In this document: piece after piece, positions 18,506-28,162 of the stretch
Layout: every line of letters begins with the position of its first letter
Position numbering within the stretch: the first letter of the stretch is position 1
Origin: Cognatiluteimonas profundi
GTDB lineage: Bacteria > Pseudomonadota > Gammaproteobacteria > Xanthomonadales > Xanthomonadaceae
Direction of reading: 5' to 3'
Assembly: GCF_009792795.1 (NCBI RefSeq)
Contig: NZ_VKHQ01000003.1
Span: forward strand, 517,601-549,600
DNA length: 32,000 nt
Program-made: the position numbers and the translations under genes
Notes under the pieces: generated by a model
Told to the model about the DNA's origin: nothing
Database searches by the model: none
What the model saw: the letters and a program-made list of their open reading frames with translations, nothing else

Positions 18506-19732
18506 TCATTTCGCCTGGCGCTTGAACGCAATCACGTTAGCGCCTTTTTTCAACTGGTCCAGATAGTCGGCCCATGCCTGCATCATTGTCGTGCGCTCGG
18601 CCATGTACTGCGCGCGGTTGTAGGCGGCCCGGACGTTGTTGCGCTCGGCGTGCGCGAGTTGACGTTCGATCACGTCGGGTTTCCAGCCCATTTCATTCAA
18701 GCGCGTCGATGCCATCGCGCGGAAGCCATGCCCCGTCATCGTGTCCTTGTCGTACCCCAGCCGCCGAAGTGCGCCATTGACCGTGTTTTCGGACATGGGG
18801 CGGTCGCCCGTGCGCAGGCTCGGGAAACAGTAGCGACCGCGTCGGGAAGGCGTCGGGCCGGTCAAGGGTTGCAACTCGCGAAGGATGGCGACGGCCTGCG
18901 ACGGCAGCGGCACGGCATGGGCCTCGCGCATTTTCATTTTGCCGGCGGGGATCCTCCACATGGCGGCATCCAGGTCGAGCTCGGCCCACTCCATTGCCCG
19001 CAGGTTGCCTGGGCGAGCGAACAGCAGCGGAGCCAGCTTCAGTGCGGCCAGCGTTACGGGCTGCCCGGTGTAGGTGTCGATGGTGCGCAGCAAATCGCCC
19101 ACGTCGGCGGGGTCAGTGATCGCCGCGCGCGCCGTGGAAGTAACCGGGGTTAGGGCGCCGCGCAGGTCGGCCGAGGGGTCGCGATCAGCGCGGCCCGTGG
19201 CGATGGCGTAGCGAAACACCTGCCCGATGCGCTGCTTCACCCGGCGCGCCGTTTCATGGTGTCCGCGCGTCTCGATTACTCGAAGCACCGCTAGAACGTC
19301 CGGGGCCGCGATTTCAACCATGGGCCGGCTGTCCAGCTTGGAAGCCATGCCCAACAGCCACTCGGCCTTGGTGGCGGTGACTGGTGCCAGCGTGGCCCGT
19401 TGCTTGTCCAGCCACTCAGTAGCGATGGCGCCAAAGGTGTTGGCAGCGGAGAGGGATGCACGGGCCTTGCCCGCCTTGCGCTCAGACGACGGGTCGCGGC
19501 CATCCCGCAGCAGATCGCGGGCAGCATCGCGACGCTTGCGTGCCTCAGCCAGCGTGACCTCGGGATGCACCCCAAAGGACAACAGGCGCTCCCTGCCGCC
19601 GTGGCGGTACTTCATGCGCCAGTAACGGCCAGCTGGCATGACGTGCAGGAACAGACCGCCGCCGTCGAAATGCTTGCCCGGGCCTGCGGCGCGGATCGCC
19701 AGAGCCGTTAGCTTGCCGGAGTCATTCGCCAT
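18506..19732 (-). CDS. Tyrosine recombinase / P4-type integrase
   Basis: 408 aa with N-terminal arm-binding region GGGLFLHVMPAGRYWRMKYRHGGRERLLSFGVHPEVTLAEAR and catalytic motifs RPGNLRAMEWAELD, HGFRAMASTRLNE, LAHAERNNVRAAYNRAQY. Confidence 0.97.
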   Translation of the reverse strand: MANDSGKLTALAIRAAGPGKHFDGGGLFLHVMPAGRYWRMKYRHGGRERLLSFGVHPEVTLAEARKRRDAARDLLRDGRDPSSERKAGKARASLSAANTFGAIATEWLDKQRATLAPVTATKAEWLLGMASKLDSRPMVEIAAPDVLAVLRVIETRGHHETARRVKQRIGQVFRYAIATGRADRDPSADLRGALTPVTSTARAAITDPADVGDLLRTIDTYTGQPVTLAALKLAPLLFARPGNLRAMEWAELDLDAAMWRIPAGKMKMREAHAVPLPSQAVAILRELQPLTGPTPSRRGRYCFPSLRTGDRPMSENTVNGALRRLGYDKDTMTGHGFRAMASTRLNEMGWKPDVIERQLAHAERNNVRAAYNRAQYMAERTTMMQAWADYLDQLKKGANVIAFKRQAK

Positions 19733-19734
19733 GA

Positions 19735-19797
19735 CCTACCCCCAAATAACGGCGCCCTGCCGTCCCCTACCCCCAAAGCTACCCCCACGTACCCCCG
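19735..19797. repeat. Right-end cluster of TACCCCC repeats (candidate integrase arm-binding sites)
   Basis: cctaccccca...cctacccccaaagctacccccacgtaccccc: four TACCCCC units directly upstream of the integrase start. The core 19767-19789 matches 11937-11959. Confidence 0.75.
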
Positions 19798-19840
19798 GCT
19801 GCAATGGGCCTCGTTGGGACGCCTCAGGAACACAAGGCAA

Positions 19841-19866
19841 CAAAAAACCCGCCTCATCAGCGGGTT
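19841..19866 (-). terminator. Rho-independent terminator downstream of tRNA-Leu
   Basis: Minus strand AACCCGC-TGATGAG-GCGGGTTTTTTG: 7-bp stem and T-tract, about 45 bp past the tRNA 3' end. Confidence 0.85.
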
Positions 19867-19909
19867 AGGTGTTGATTCAAGGAGTTTTGGACGCCTTGGA
19901 ATCGTTACA

Positions 19910-19994
19910 TGGTGCCCAAAGGGGGACTCGAACCCCCACGACCTAAGTCGCTACCACCTCAAGGTAGTGCGTCTACCAATTCCGCCATCTGGGC
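19910..19994 (-). tRNA. tRNA-Leu (anticodon GAG), CCA encoded
   Basis: GCCCAGATGGCGGAATTGGTAGACGCACTACCTTGAGGTGGTAGCGACTTAGGTCGTGGGGGTTCGAGTCCCCCTTTGGGCACCA. Acceptor, anticodon and T stems pair; loop TTGAGGT. Confidence 0.97.
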
Positions 19995-20093
19995 AAAACG
20001 TTTGTGGCCATCATGGCCGCTGCGCCGGCGTTCCATGCCGCGCGCTTGAAGCGTTGGATCAGGTGCGATGCAACAGGTTGCCAGCCGTGGCGA

Positions 20094-20552
20094 TCAACCG
20101 CCCGAAGCCGGTTTTGCCGGAGCCGGCGGTTGCGCAGGGGTCGTTGCCGCTGGCGCCTGCTGCGCCGGCGCGACCGGGACGCTGGATGCCGGCGCCGCCG
20201 CGGGGGCCTTCTCAACGGGGACGCCGGGAACGGCACCGCCGGAAGCAGGCGCCTGCGCGGGCGTCGCCGGAACCTGGGCCATGACGCCAAGGTCCTGCTG
20301 CGCCGGGGTCGGCTGCGCCTTGTGGGTCGCGTACCAGGCCATGAACAGGCTGATCACGAAGAACGCCACGCCAAGCCACTTGGTGCTCTTGGAGAGGAAG
20401 TTCGACGATCCTCGCGACCCGAACACGGTGGCCGAGGCCCCGCCGCCGAAGCCTGAACCCGCCTGCGCACCGGCACCGCGCTGCATGAGGATGAGCACGA
20501 TCATTCCGATCGCGAGCAGGACGTAAATCACGTTGAGGGTCAACAACAGCAT
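20094..20552 (-). CDS. secG: Preprotein translocase subunit SecG
   Basis: MLLLTLNVIYVLLAIGMIVLILMQRGAGAQAGSGFGGGASATVFGSRGSSNFLSKSTKWL, then an Ala/Pro-rich tail. Confidence 0.95.
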   Translation of the reverse strand: MLLLTLNVIYVLLAIGMIVLILMQRGAGAQAGSGFGGGASATVFGSRGSSNFLSKSTKWLGVAFFVISLFMAWYATHKAQPTPAQQDLGVMAQVPATPAQAPASGGAVPGVPVEKAPAAAPASSVPVAPAQQAPAATTPAQPPAPAKPASGG

Positions 20553-20563
20553 TTGCGAATTCT

Positions 20564-21334
20564 CTATTGGGCCGCGTCAGGCGCCGCCGCGGCCGCGATG
20601 GCGAGGAAATCCGTGGCGATCAGTGAAGCGCCACCGATCAGCCCGCCATCGACATCCGGCTGGGCGAACAGCGCGGCGGCGTTGCCGGGTTTACAGCTGC
20701 CCCCGTACAGGATGGGCAGCGAGCCAGCAATTTTAGCATCGCGGGCAGCGACTTCGCCACGAATGAAGGCGTGGACCTGCTGCGCCTGCTCCGGCGAGGC
20801 GGTCAGGCCGGTGCCGATCGCCCACACCGGTTCGTAGGCAATGATGGCGCCGGCAAGGGCTTCGACCCCGCCCAGGTCGAACAGCGGCTGCAACTGCCGC
20901 TCGATGGTGTATTCGGTCTGGCCGCCCTCACGCTGCTGCAGGCTCTCGCCCACGCACAGGATGGGCCGCAGCCCGGCCGCGCGGGCGGCCATGAACTTCC
21001 GGGCGACCAGTTCGCTCGACTCGTGGTGGTACTGGCGACGCTCCGAATGACCGACCAGGCCATAGCGGGCGCCGACATCGACCAGCATCGATGCGCAGAC
21101 CTCGCCGGTGTAGGCGCCCTGCACGTTGGCGCTGACGTCCTGCGCCCCGAACGACAGCATCGCGTAATCGGCAGCCAGCTCGCCCAGGTAGGGCAGCGGC
21201 GGCAGGATCACCAGCTCGACTCCCTGGGGCAGTGGCTGCGCCACCAGCGCATCGAGCAGGCCATGCGCAAACACGCGATCGCCGTGCAGCTTCCAGTTGC
21301 CGGCCACGATCGGTGGACGTTGCGGTGATCCCAT
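20564..21334 (-). CDS. tpiA: Triosephosphate isomerase
   Basis: IVAGNWKLHG...YGLVGHSERRQ...VIAYEPVWAIGTGLTA...ILYGGSCKPGNA. Start may be 21340 or 21334. Confidence 0.95.
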   Translation of the reverse strand: MGSPQRPPIVAGNWKLHGDRVFAHGLLDALVAQPLPQGVELVILPPLPYLGELAADYAMLSFGAQDVSANVQGAYTGEVCASMLVDVGARYGLVGHSERRQYHHESSELVARKFMAARAAGLRPILCVGESLQQREGGQTEYTIERQLQPLFDLGGVEALAGAIIAYEPVWAIGTGLTASPEQAQQVHAFIRGEVAARDAKIAGSLPILYGGSCKPGNAAALFAQPDVDGGLIGGASLIATDFLAIAAAAAPDAAQ

Positions 21335-21420
21335 GTGCATTCCTGGCCGTCGGGGACGCGCAGTTTACCAGCCAGCCGCGGCGTGTCTCCCGCTCGCGCC
21401 GTCGTATACAGTCGCCCTCC

Positions 21421-22098
21421 ATGAGCACGTTGCCGCCACGCGTCCGCCTGCCGATCCTTCCCTACCGCACGCCAACGGTTGGGCGGGATTACTGGGTCAT
21501 CGACGACGTCCTGCCCGATCCCGACGCGGTACGCGCGCGCTGCCTGGCCCGGAACGACTGGATCGAGGGCTATCCGCACAAGCCGGAAAGCTGGCCGGGC
21601 CTGCGCACGATTCCAGGCCTCGAACCGGACGAACTGGCAATCGTCGAATCGCATGCGCTGCGCGCCACGGGAGCGAGGAAGCTGTGGGTGCAGGCGGCGG
21701 CCGACGGCATGCGCCTGAACCACAACTGCCTCCAGGTCGTCGGCATCGACGAATGCGAACCGCGTCCGCACACCGACTCACGCGCGCTGTGCCGTTATGC
21801 CGCCGTGCTCTACCTCAATCCAATGGTGCCCGACAGTTGCGGCACCAGCTTCTACCGCCAGCGGCTCGCCAATGGCCAGCGTGGCGGCAATGTCGTCATG
21901 CCGCCGCATGCGAACCTCGTCGAGGCGCTTGGCACGCGATTCGTGTCGCCTGACGCGTTCGTCGAGGACGTCGCCGTTCCGCATCGCTACAACCGGCTGC
22001 TGCTGTATCGCGCCAACCTCATCCACAGCGCCACCGGCTACTGGGGGCATGCGCTCCAGGACAGGCGGATGGCGGCTGTCTTTTTCTGGATGGCCTGA
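21421..22098 (+). CDS. DUF6445-like protein (possible 2OG-Fe(II) oxygenase fold)
   Basis: MSTLPPRVRLPILPYRTPTVGRDYWVIDDVLPDPDAVRARCLARNDW...PHTDSRALCRYAAVLYLNP...LLLYRANLIHSATGYWG...DRRMAAVFFW. HxD...H layout. Confidence 0.7.
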   Translation: MSTLPPRVRLPILPYRTPTVGRDYWVIDDVLPDPDAVRARCLARNDWIEGYPHKPESWPGLRTIPGLEPDELAIVESHALRATGARKLWVQAAADGMRLNHNCLQVVGIDECEPRPHTDSRALCRYAAVLYLNPMVPDSCGTSFYRQRLANGQRGGNVVMPPHANLVEALGTRFVSPDAFVEDVAVPHRYNRLLLYRANLIHSATGYWGHALQDRRMAAVFFWMA

Positions 22099-22104
22099 GC
22101 GGCC

Positions 22105-23466
22105 TTACTGCACCGCCGCCCGCACGGAATCGGCGAGCGCATCCAGCGTGGCACGCATCAGCGTCACGTCGTCGGCCTCCACCGTCACCCTGACGACAGG
22201 TTCGGTCCCCGAGGGACGCAGGAAGGCACGGCCGCGACCTTCCACGGCGCGCTGGGCGATTGCCAGCGCTGCCTGCACACCGGGGGATTCGACGGGCCGC
22301 GCTCCGCTGTCGAAGCGCACGTTGATCGTTTCCTGGGGCACGCGCTGCATGCCATGCAAGGCCTCGCGCAGCGTCAGCTTGCGCCGCCGCAGCACTTCCA
22401 GCACCTGCAACGCGCTGACGATGCCATCGCCGGTATTGGCGCGATCCAGGCACAGCAGGTGGCCCGATGCCTCGCCACCCAGCACGCCCTCGTGCTTCAA
22501 CAGCGCCTGGTGTACGTGCCGGTCACCGACCTTGGCGCGCACGAAGCCGATACCGCGCTCGCCCAGGGCGCGCTCGAGGCCAAAGTTGCTCATCAGCGTG
22601 CCGACGACAGGGCCGCGCAGGCGACCGCTGCGTTGCCAGTCGGTCGCCAGGACGTAGACCAGGTCGTCGCCATCGCAGATGGCACCGTCCGCATCCACGA
22701 ACAGCACGCGGTCGCCGTCGCCATCGAAAGCGATGCCGAGGTCCGCATGCATCGCCAGTACGTGCGCGACGAGGCCCTCCGGATGCGTCGAACCGACACC
22801 TTCGTTGATGTTGGTTCCGTTGGGATCCACGCCGATGGCATCCACGCGCGCGCCCAGCTCGCGCAGCACGAGCGGGGCAAGCTGGTAGGTCGCGCCGTTG
22901 GCGCAATCCATCGCGATGCTCATCCCGCCGAGGTCGAATCCCTTGGGCGTGGAATTCTTGCAGGCTTCCACATAGCGACCGAGCGCATCGCGGGTGCGGA
23001 CCGCCTTGCCGAGTTTTTCCGACGGCATCGTCTCGAAGGGGCGCGTCAACGCGGCCTCGATCGCCAGCTCCGCGGCGTCGTCGAGCTTTTCGCCGTGGGC
23101 CGAGAAAAACTTGATGCCGTTGTCGTAATGGGGGTTGTGCGAAGCCGAGATCACGATGCCGCCATCGGCGCGCAACGAACGGGTCAGGTGCGCAACCGCC
23201 GGCGTGGGCATCGGCCCCATCAATTGCACGTCGACGCCAGCGGCCACCAGGCCAGCCTCGAGCGCGGCCTCGAACATGTAGTTGGAGATCCGCGTGTCCT
23301 TGCCGATGATGACCAGCGGCTTGCGCCATTCACGCGTGCCCTGTGCCTGCAGCTTCAATGCATGCCCATAGGCGTTGCCCAGCCGCAGGACGAAATCCGC
23401 GGAGATCGCCCCCTCGCCGACGCGGCCGCGAATGCCGTCCGTCCCGAAATACGCGCGCGCACTCAT
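22105..23466 (-). CDS. glmM: Phosphoglucosamine mutase
   Basis: [25 protein letters not shown]...[16 protein letters not shown]...DGDGDR...[11 protein letters not shown]. Start at 23466, overlapping the accD stop. Confidence 0.95.
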   Translation of the reverse strand: MSARAYFGTDGIRGRVGEGAISADFVLRLGNAYGHALKLQAQGTREWRKPLVIIGKDTRISNYMFEAALEAGLVAAGVDVQLMGPMPTPAVAHLTRSLRADGGIVISASHNPHYDNGIKFFSAHGEKLDDAAELAIEAALTRPFETMPSEKLGKAVRTRDALGRYVEACKNSTPKGFDLGGMSIAMDCANGATYQLAPLVLRELGARVDAIGVDPNGTNINEGVGSTHPEGLVAHVLAMHADLGIAFDGDGDRVLFVDADGAICDGDDLVYVLATDWQRSGRLRGPVVGTLMSNFGLERALGERGIGFVRAKVGDRHVHQALLKHEGVLGGEASGHLLCLDRANTGDGIVSALQVLEVLRRRKLTLREALHGMQRVPQETINVRFDSGARPVESPGVQAALAIAQRAVEGRGRAFLRPSGTEPVVRVTVEADDVTLMRATLDALADSVRAAVQ

Positions 23467-24353
23467 GCAGCGGCCTCGGCATCTTCCGGCGGCTGCGGAA
23501 GCTTCATGAGCATTGCGATCAGGTGCGCGATCCGGCCGCGCAGCTCGCGTCGATCGCAGATCTGGTCGATCGCGCCATGCTCGACGAGGAACTCGCTGCG
23601 CTGGAATCCTTCCGGCAGCGTTTCGCGCACGGTCTGCTCGATCACGCGCGGCCCGGCGAAGCCGATCAGCGCTTCGGGCTCGGCCATGTTGATGTCGCCA
23701 AGCATCGCCAGCGAAGCCGACACGCCGCCGGTCGTGGGATGCGTCATCACGGAAATATAGGGAAGGCCCGCCGCGCGCAGCCGGCCGAGCGCCGCCGAGG
23801 TCTTGGCCATCTGCATCAGCGAGAACAGGCTTTCCTGCATGCGCGCACCGCCGGTCGCGGAAAAACACACCAGCGGACTCCCGATCGCGAGCGCCCGCTC
23901 GGCGGCCAATGCGAAACGCTCGCCAACCACGGAACCCATCGACCCGCCCATGAAGGCGAAATCAAAGGCGCAGGCGATCATCGGCTGGCCACGCAGCGTT
24001 CCCTGCATCGCCACCAGGGCATCGCGTTCGCCGGTGGCCTTCTGCGCGGCCTTGATCCGGTCCGAATACTTCTTCTGGTCCTTGAAGGACAGGACATCGA
24101 TCGGGCCCAGGGCCGCGCCGATTTCGGACGTGCCCTCGGGGTCCAGGAATGCCTTCAACCGCACGCGTGCGCGGATCGGCATGTGGTGGTTGCACTTCGG
24201 GCAGACCTCGAGGTTTTCCTCGAGTTCCGGCCGGTACAGCACCGCTCCGCAGCGTCCGCACTTTTCCCACAAGCCTTCGGGCACGCTGCGCTTGCGGCCG
24301 GCTGGCGCCTCGGTGCGGATGCGCGCGGGCATCAGTTTCTTCAGCCAACTCAC
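23463..24353 (-). CDS. accD: Acetyl-CoA carboxylase carboxyltransferase subunit beta
   Basis: [27 protein letters not shown] zinc domain, then [22 protein letters not shown]...[19 protein letters not shown]. Confidence 0.96.
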   Translation of the reverse strand: MSWLKKLMPARIRTEAPAGRKRSVPEGLWEKCGRCGAVLYRPELEENLEVCPKCNHHMPIRARVRLKAFLDPEGTSEIGAALGPIDVLSFKDQKKYSDRIKAAQKATGERDALVAMQGTLRGQPMIACAFDFAFMGGSMGSVVGERFALAAERALAIGSPLVCFSATGGARMQESLFSLMQMAKTSAALGRLRAAGLPYISVMTHPTTGGVSASLAMLGDINMAEPEALIGFAGPRVIEQTVRETLPEGFQRSEFLVEHGAIDQICDRRELRGRIAHLIAMLMKLPQPPEDAEAAA

Positions 24354-24506
24354 CTGAAAGCCACCTCGACGATTGGAGATTTGGCGCCGGAGCGCGATGT
24401 CCTGCGTACAGGATGCTTCACCGGACCGGCGTGAAGTCTACCGCAGCCTCCCGCCTCCACTGCCCGGACGCCATCGGTGCCCGGCTCCGCATGGATGTCG
24501 CGGGCA

Positions 24507-25325
24507 CTACGCCGGTGCTGTCGCCAGCGCATCGAGCGCCGCACGCAGCGGCCCGAGGAAGTCATGCGCCAGCCGGGAGGCGTCCTGTGGCGACGTGGCG
24601 CCGGCCATCGCCGCCACCAGCGCGCTGCCGACCACGACACCGTCGGCTTCCGCGGCCATCGTGGCTGCCGAGGCCGCGTCCTTGATGCCGAATCCGGCAA
24701 CGACGGGGACCGGGCTGCGCGCGCGGATCGACCGCAACCGCGCGATGGCCGTGGCCGTATCGAGCCCATCGGCGCCGGTGACGCCGGCGAAACTGACGTA
24801 GTACAGGTAACCCTGCGCTGCATCGCAGAGCAGTCCGATCCGCGCATCGGACGTGGTCGGCGCAGCCAGCAGGATCAATGCCAGCCCGTGGGCGCGAAAG
24901 CGTGCGTGCAGGTCGCCGACCTCCTCCGGGGGAAGGTCGACCAGCAGCACGCCGTCGACTCCGGCGGCAGCCGCGTCGCGCGCGAATGCTTCGGCGCCGC
25001 GGATCTCGACCGGATTGAGGTAACCCATCAGGATCACCGGGGTGTGTGCGTCGGAGTCGCGAAATGCGCGGACGCAGTCCAGCACGAACCGCATCCCGGC
25101 GCCGCGCGCGAGCGCACGCTCGGAGCTGCGCTGGATGGTGGGCCCATCGGCCATCGGATCCGAAAACGGGACGCCCACCTCGATGACATCCGCGCCGGCG
25201 GCGACCAGCGCGTGCATCACCGGGACCGACGCTTCCAGCGATGGATCGCCGGCGGTGAAGAATGGCACCAGCGCCTTGCGGCCGGCGGCCTTGAGTTGGG
25301 CAAAACGGGCATCGATTCGGGACAT
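24507..25325 (-). CDS. trpA: Tryptophan synthase alpha chain
   Basis: Within ORF 24507-26189, the homologous part starts at 25325: MSRIDARFAQLKAAGRKALVPFFTAGDPS...EVGVPFSDPMADGPTIQ. Confidence 0.95.
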   Translation of the reverse strand: MSRIDARFAQLKAAGRKALVPFFTAGDPSLEASVPVMHALVAAGADVIEVGVPFSDPMADGPTIQRSSERALARGAGMRFVLDCVRAFRDSDAHTPVILMGYLNPVEIRGAEAFARDAAAAGVDGVLLVDLPPEEVGDLHARFRAHGLALILLAAPTTSDARIGLLCDAAQGYLYYVSFAGVTGADGLDTATAIARLRSIRARSPVPVVAGFGIKDAASAATMAAEADGVVVGSALVAAMAGATSPQDASRLAHDFLGPLRAALDALATAPA

Positions 25326-25390
25326 TGGATTCCAGGGGGCGGCATGTGTCGTGGCCACGCGAAGGCCGGCGCGTGCCTGTCGCGACGGCT

Positions 25391-26605
<1,215 letters not shown>

Positions 26606-26661
26606 CTGCACGATGGGGTTCGTGGCGGCCGTGCAGTGTAGCGAATCGATCCCCGGCGACT

Positions 26662-27336
26662 TCAGGAGTGCTCGACGTGGCAATCCGCGCGACGCACTTC
26701 CTCGACGAAACGGCGCATCTGGTCGCCATCCTTAACCCCTGGCGCACCCTCGATGCCACTGGCGACATCCACGCCCCAGGGCATCGTCGCCATGATGGCG
26801 TCGAAGACATTGTCCGGGTTCAAGCCACCAGCAAGCAGTACGGGTTTGGTCAGCGAGCGCGGAATGCGCGACCAGTCGAAGGTCTCGCCGGTACCACCAC
26901 CCTCCTCGCCATGGCTGTCGAACAGGAATGCGGCGGCGCCCGGGTAACGCACCTGCAGGGCCGTGGCTGAACTTTTGTCCGCCAGCCCCATCGGGACGGC
27001 CTTGACCCACGGCAACCCGAAGCCGCGGCAGAAGGCATCGTCCTCGCTGCCATGGAACTGCAGCAGCGTCGGCCGCACCTGGCGGATCGCATCGCGGACT
27101 TCCTCGGCAGTGTTGTCCATGAACAGCGCCACGGCGTCGACGAGCGGCGCCAGCGCATTGCGCATCAACCGGGCTTCCTCCGGCCGGATGCGGCGCCGGC
27201 TCTTCTGGGCGAACACGAAGCCGACTGCGTCGACGCCCAGTTCGCTGGCCAGGCGTACGTCGCCGGGACGCGTCATCCCACAGAACTTGATGCGGGTGCG
27301 GAAGAGCGTGCGTCGTTGACCAGTGGTCAGGGACAT
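26662..27336 (-). CDS. trpF: Phosphoribosylanthranilate isomerase
   Basis: [34 protein letters not shown]...[10 protein letters not shown]...[14 protein letters not shown]. Confidence 0.94.
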   Translation of the reverse strand: MSLTTGQRRTLFRTRIKFCGMTRPGDVRLASELGVDAVGFVFAQKSRRRIRPEEARLMRNALAPLVDAVALFMDNTAEEVRDAIRQVRPTLLQFHGSEDDAFCRGFGLPWVKAVPMGLADKSSATALQVRYPGAAAFLFDSHGEEGGGTGETFDWSRIPRSLTKPVLLAGGLNPDNVFDAIMATMPWGVDVASGIEGAPGVKDGDQMRRFVEEVRRADCHVEHS

Positions 27337-27346
27337 CATTCCAGCC

Positions 27347-28135
27347 TCAAAGGGTCACCTCGGCGGGCAGCCGGCAGGCAGGCGGATAGCGCGGACCGAC
27401 GAAGACCAGCCCGTCGGGCGGTGCAGTCGGCCCGGCAAGCATTCGATCACGCCCTGCCAGCAGGGCGGCAAGCCAGTCTTCGGGCTGCTCGCCGCGGCCA
27501 ATGACGAGCAGACTACCAACGATGTTCCGCACCATGTGGTGAAGAAAGGCGTTTGCCTGTACCTCGACTTCGATGATGTCGTCCGTCCGGCGCACCTGGA
27601 TGTCGTGCAGGTCGCGCCTGGCATGGGGTGCCTGGCAGTGCACGGTGCGGAACGCCGAGAAATCGTGTTCTCCGACCAGGGCCTGGGCAGCCCGCTGCAT
27701 GGACCGTGCATCCAGGGGGCGCCGCTCCCATGACAGGTACTGGCGCTGCAGCGCCGGCCGCACCGGCCGGTTGAGGATGCGGTAGCGATAGCGCCGCGCA
27801 CGCGCCGAGAAACGCGCATGGAAACCCTCGTCCACCGCGACACACCAGAGGATGCAGACCGACGCCGGCAACCGCGTGGTCGTGCCAAGTACCCACGACC
27901 GCGGTTCGCGCGGGGCATCACTGTCGAAATGGACCACCTGGCAGGCCGCATGGACCCCGGCATCGGTGCGTCCCGCGCAGACGACGCCAACCGGATGCCC
28001 TGCCACGAACGACAGCGCATCCTCGACCGCAGCCTGCACCGTGGCCTCGCCCCGGCGAGGCCCACCACGCGCTTCCAGCCGTTGCCAGCCGGAGAATTCG
28101 CTGCCGTCGTATTCGACGCCCAGCGCGTACCGCAC
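27347..28135 (-). CDS. truA: tRNA pseudouridine(38-40) synthase
   Basis: [20 protein letters not shown]...[20 protein letters not shown]...[14 protein letters not shown]. Confidence 0.95.
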   Translation of the reverse strand: MRYALGVEYDGSEFSGWQRLEARGGPRRGEATVQAAVEDALSFVAGHPVGVVCAGRTDAGVHAACQVVHFDSDAPREPRSWVLGTTTRLPASVCILWCVAVDEGFHARFSARARRYRYRILNRPVRPALQRQYLSWERRPLDARSMQRAAQALVGEHDFSAFRTVHCQAPHARRDLHDIQVRRTDDIIEVEVQANAFLHHMVRNIVGSLLVIGRGEQPEDWLAALLAGRDRMLAGPTAPPDGLVFVGPRYPPACRLPAEVTL

Positions 28136-28162
28136 CGGCTCAGCCCCCTCGACCGGGGGAGA

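Larger units (their letters stand above)
11861..19909. mobile_element. tRNA-Leu-associated integrative element, about 8 kb (boundaries inferred)
   Basis: Tyrosine integrase adjacent to the tRNA-Leu 3' end. A degenerate tRNA 3'-end copy occurs at 11861-11895. Matching repeats lie inside both ends, and the content is phage/plasmid-like (AlpA, RepA-like ATPase). It separates nuoA from the tRNA-Leu/secG cluster and looks more A/T-rich than the flanks by eye. Confidence 0.9.

Noticed and set aside
11861-19994. CRISPR array or retron-like structure within the element
   Set aside because: I found no regularly spaced direct repeats with spacers and no reverse transcriptase motif. The TACCCCC repeats are short and confined to the ends.
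22354-23760. Plus-strand ORF of 468 aa
   Set aside because: Antisense to glmM with shadow-ORF composition.
24429-24454. cttcac...gtgaag inverted repeat upstream of accD
   Set aside because: Only about 6 bp of outer stem and no T-tract; too weak to call a regulatory or terminator structure.
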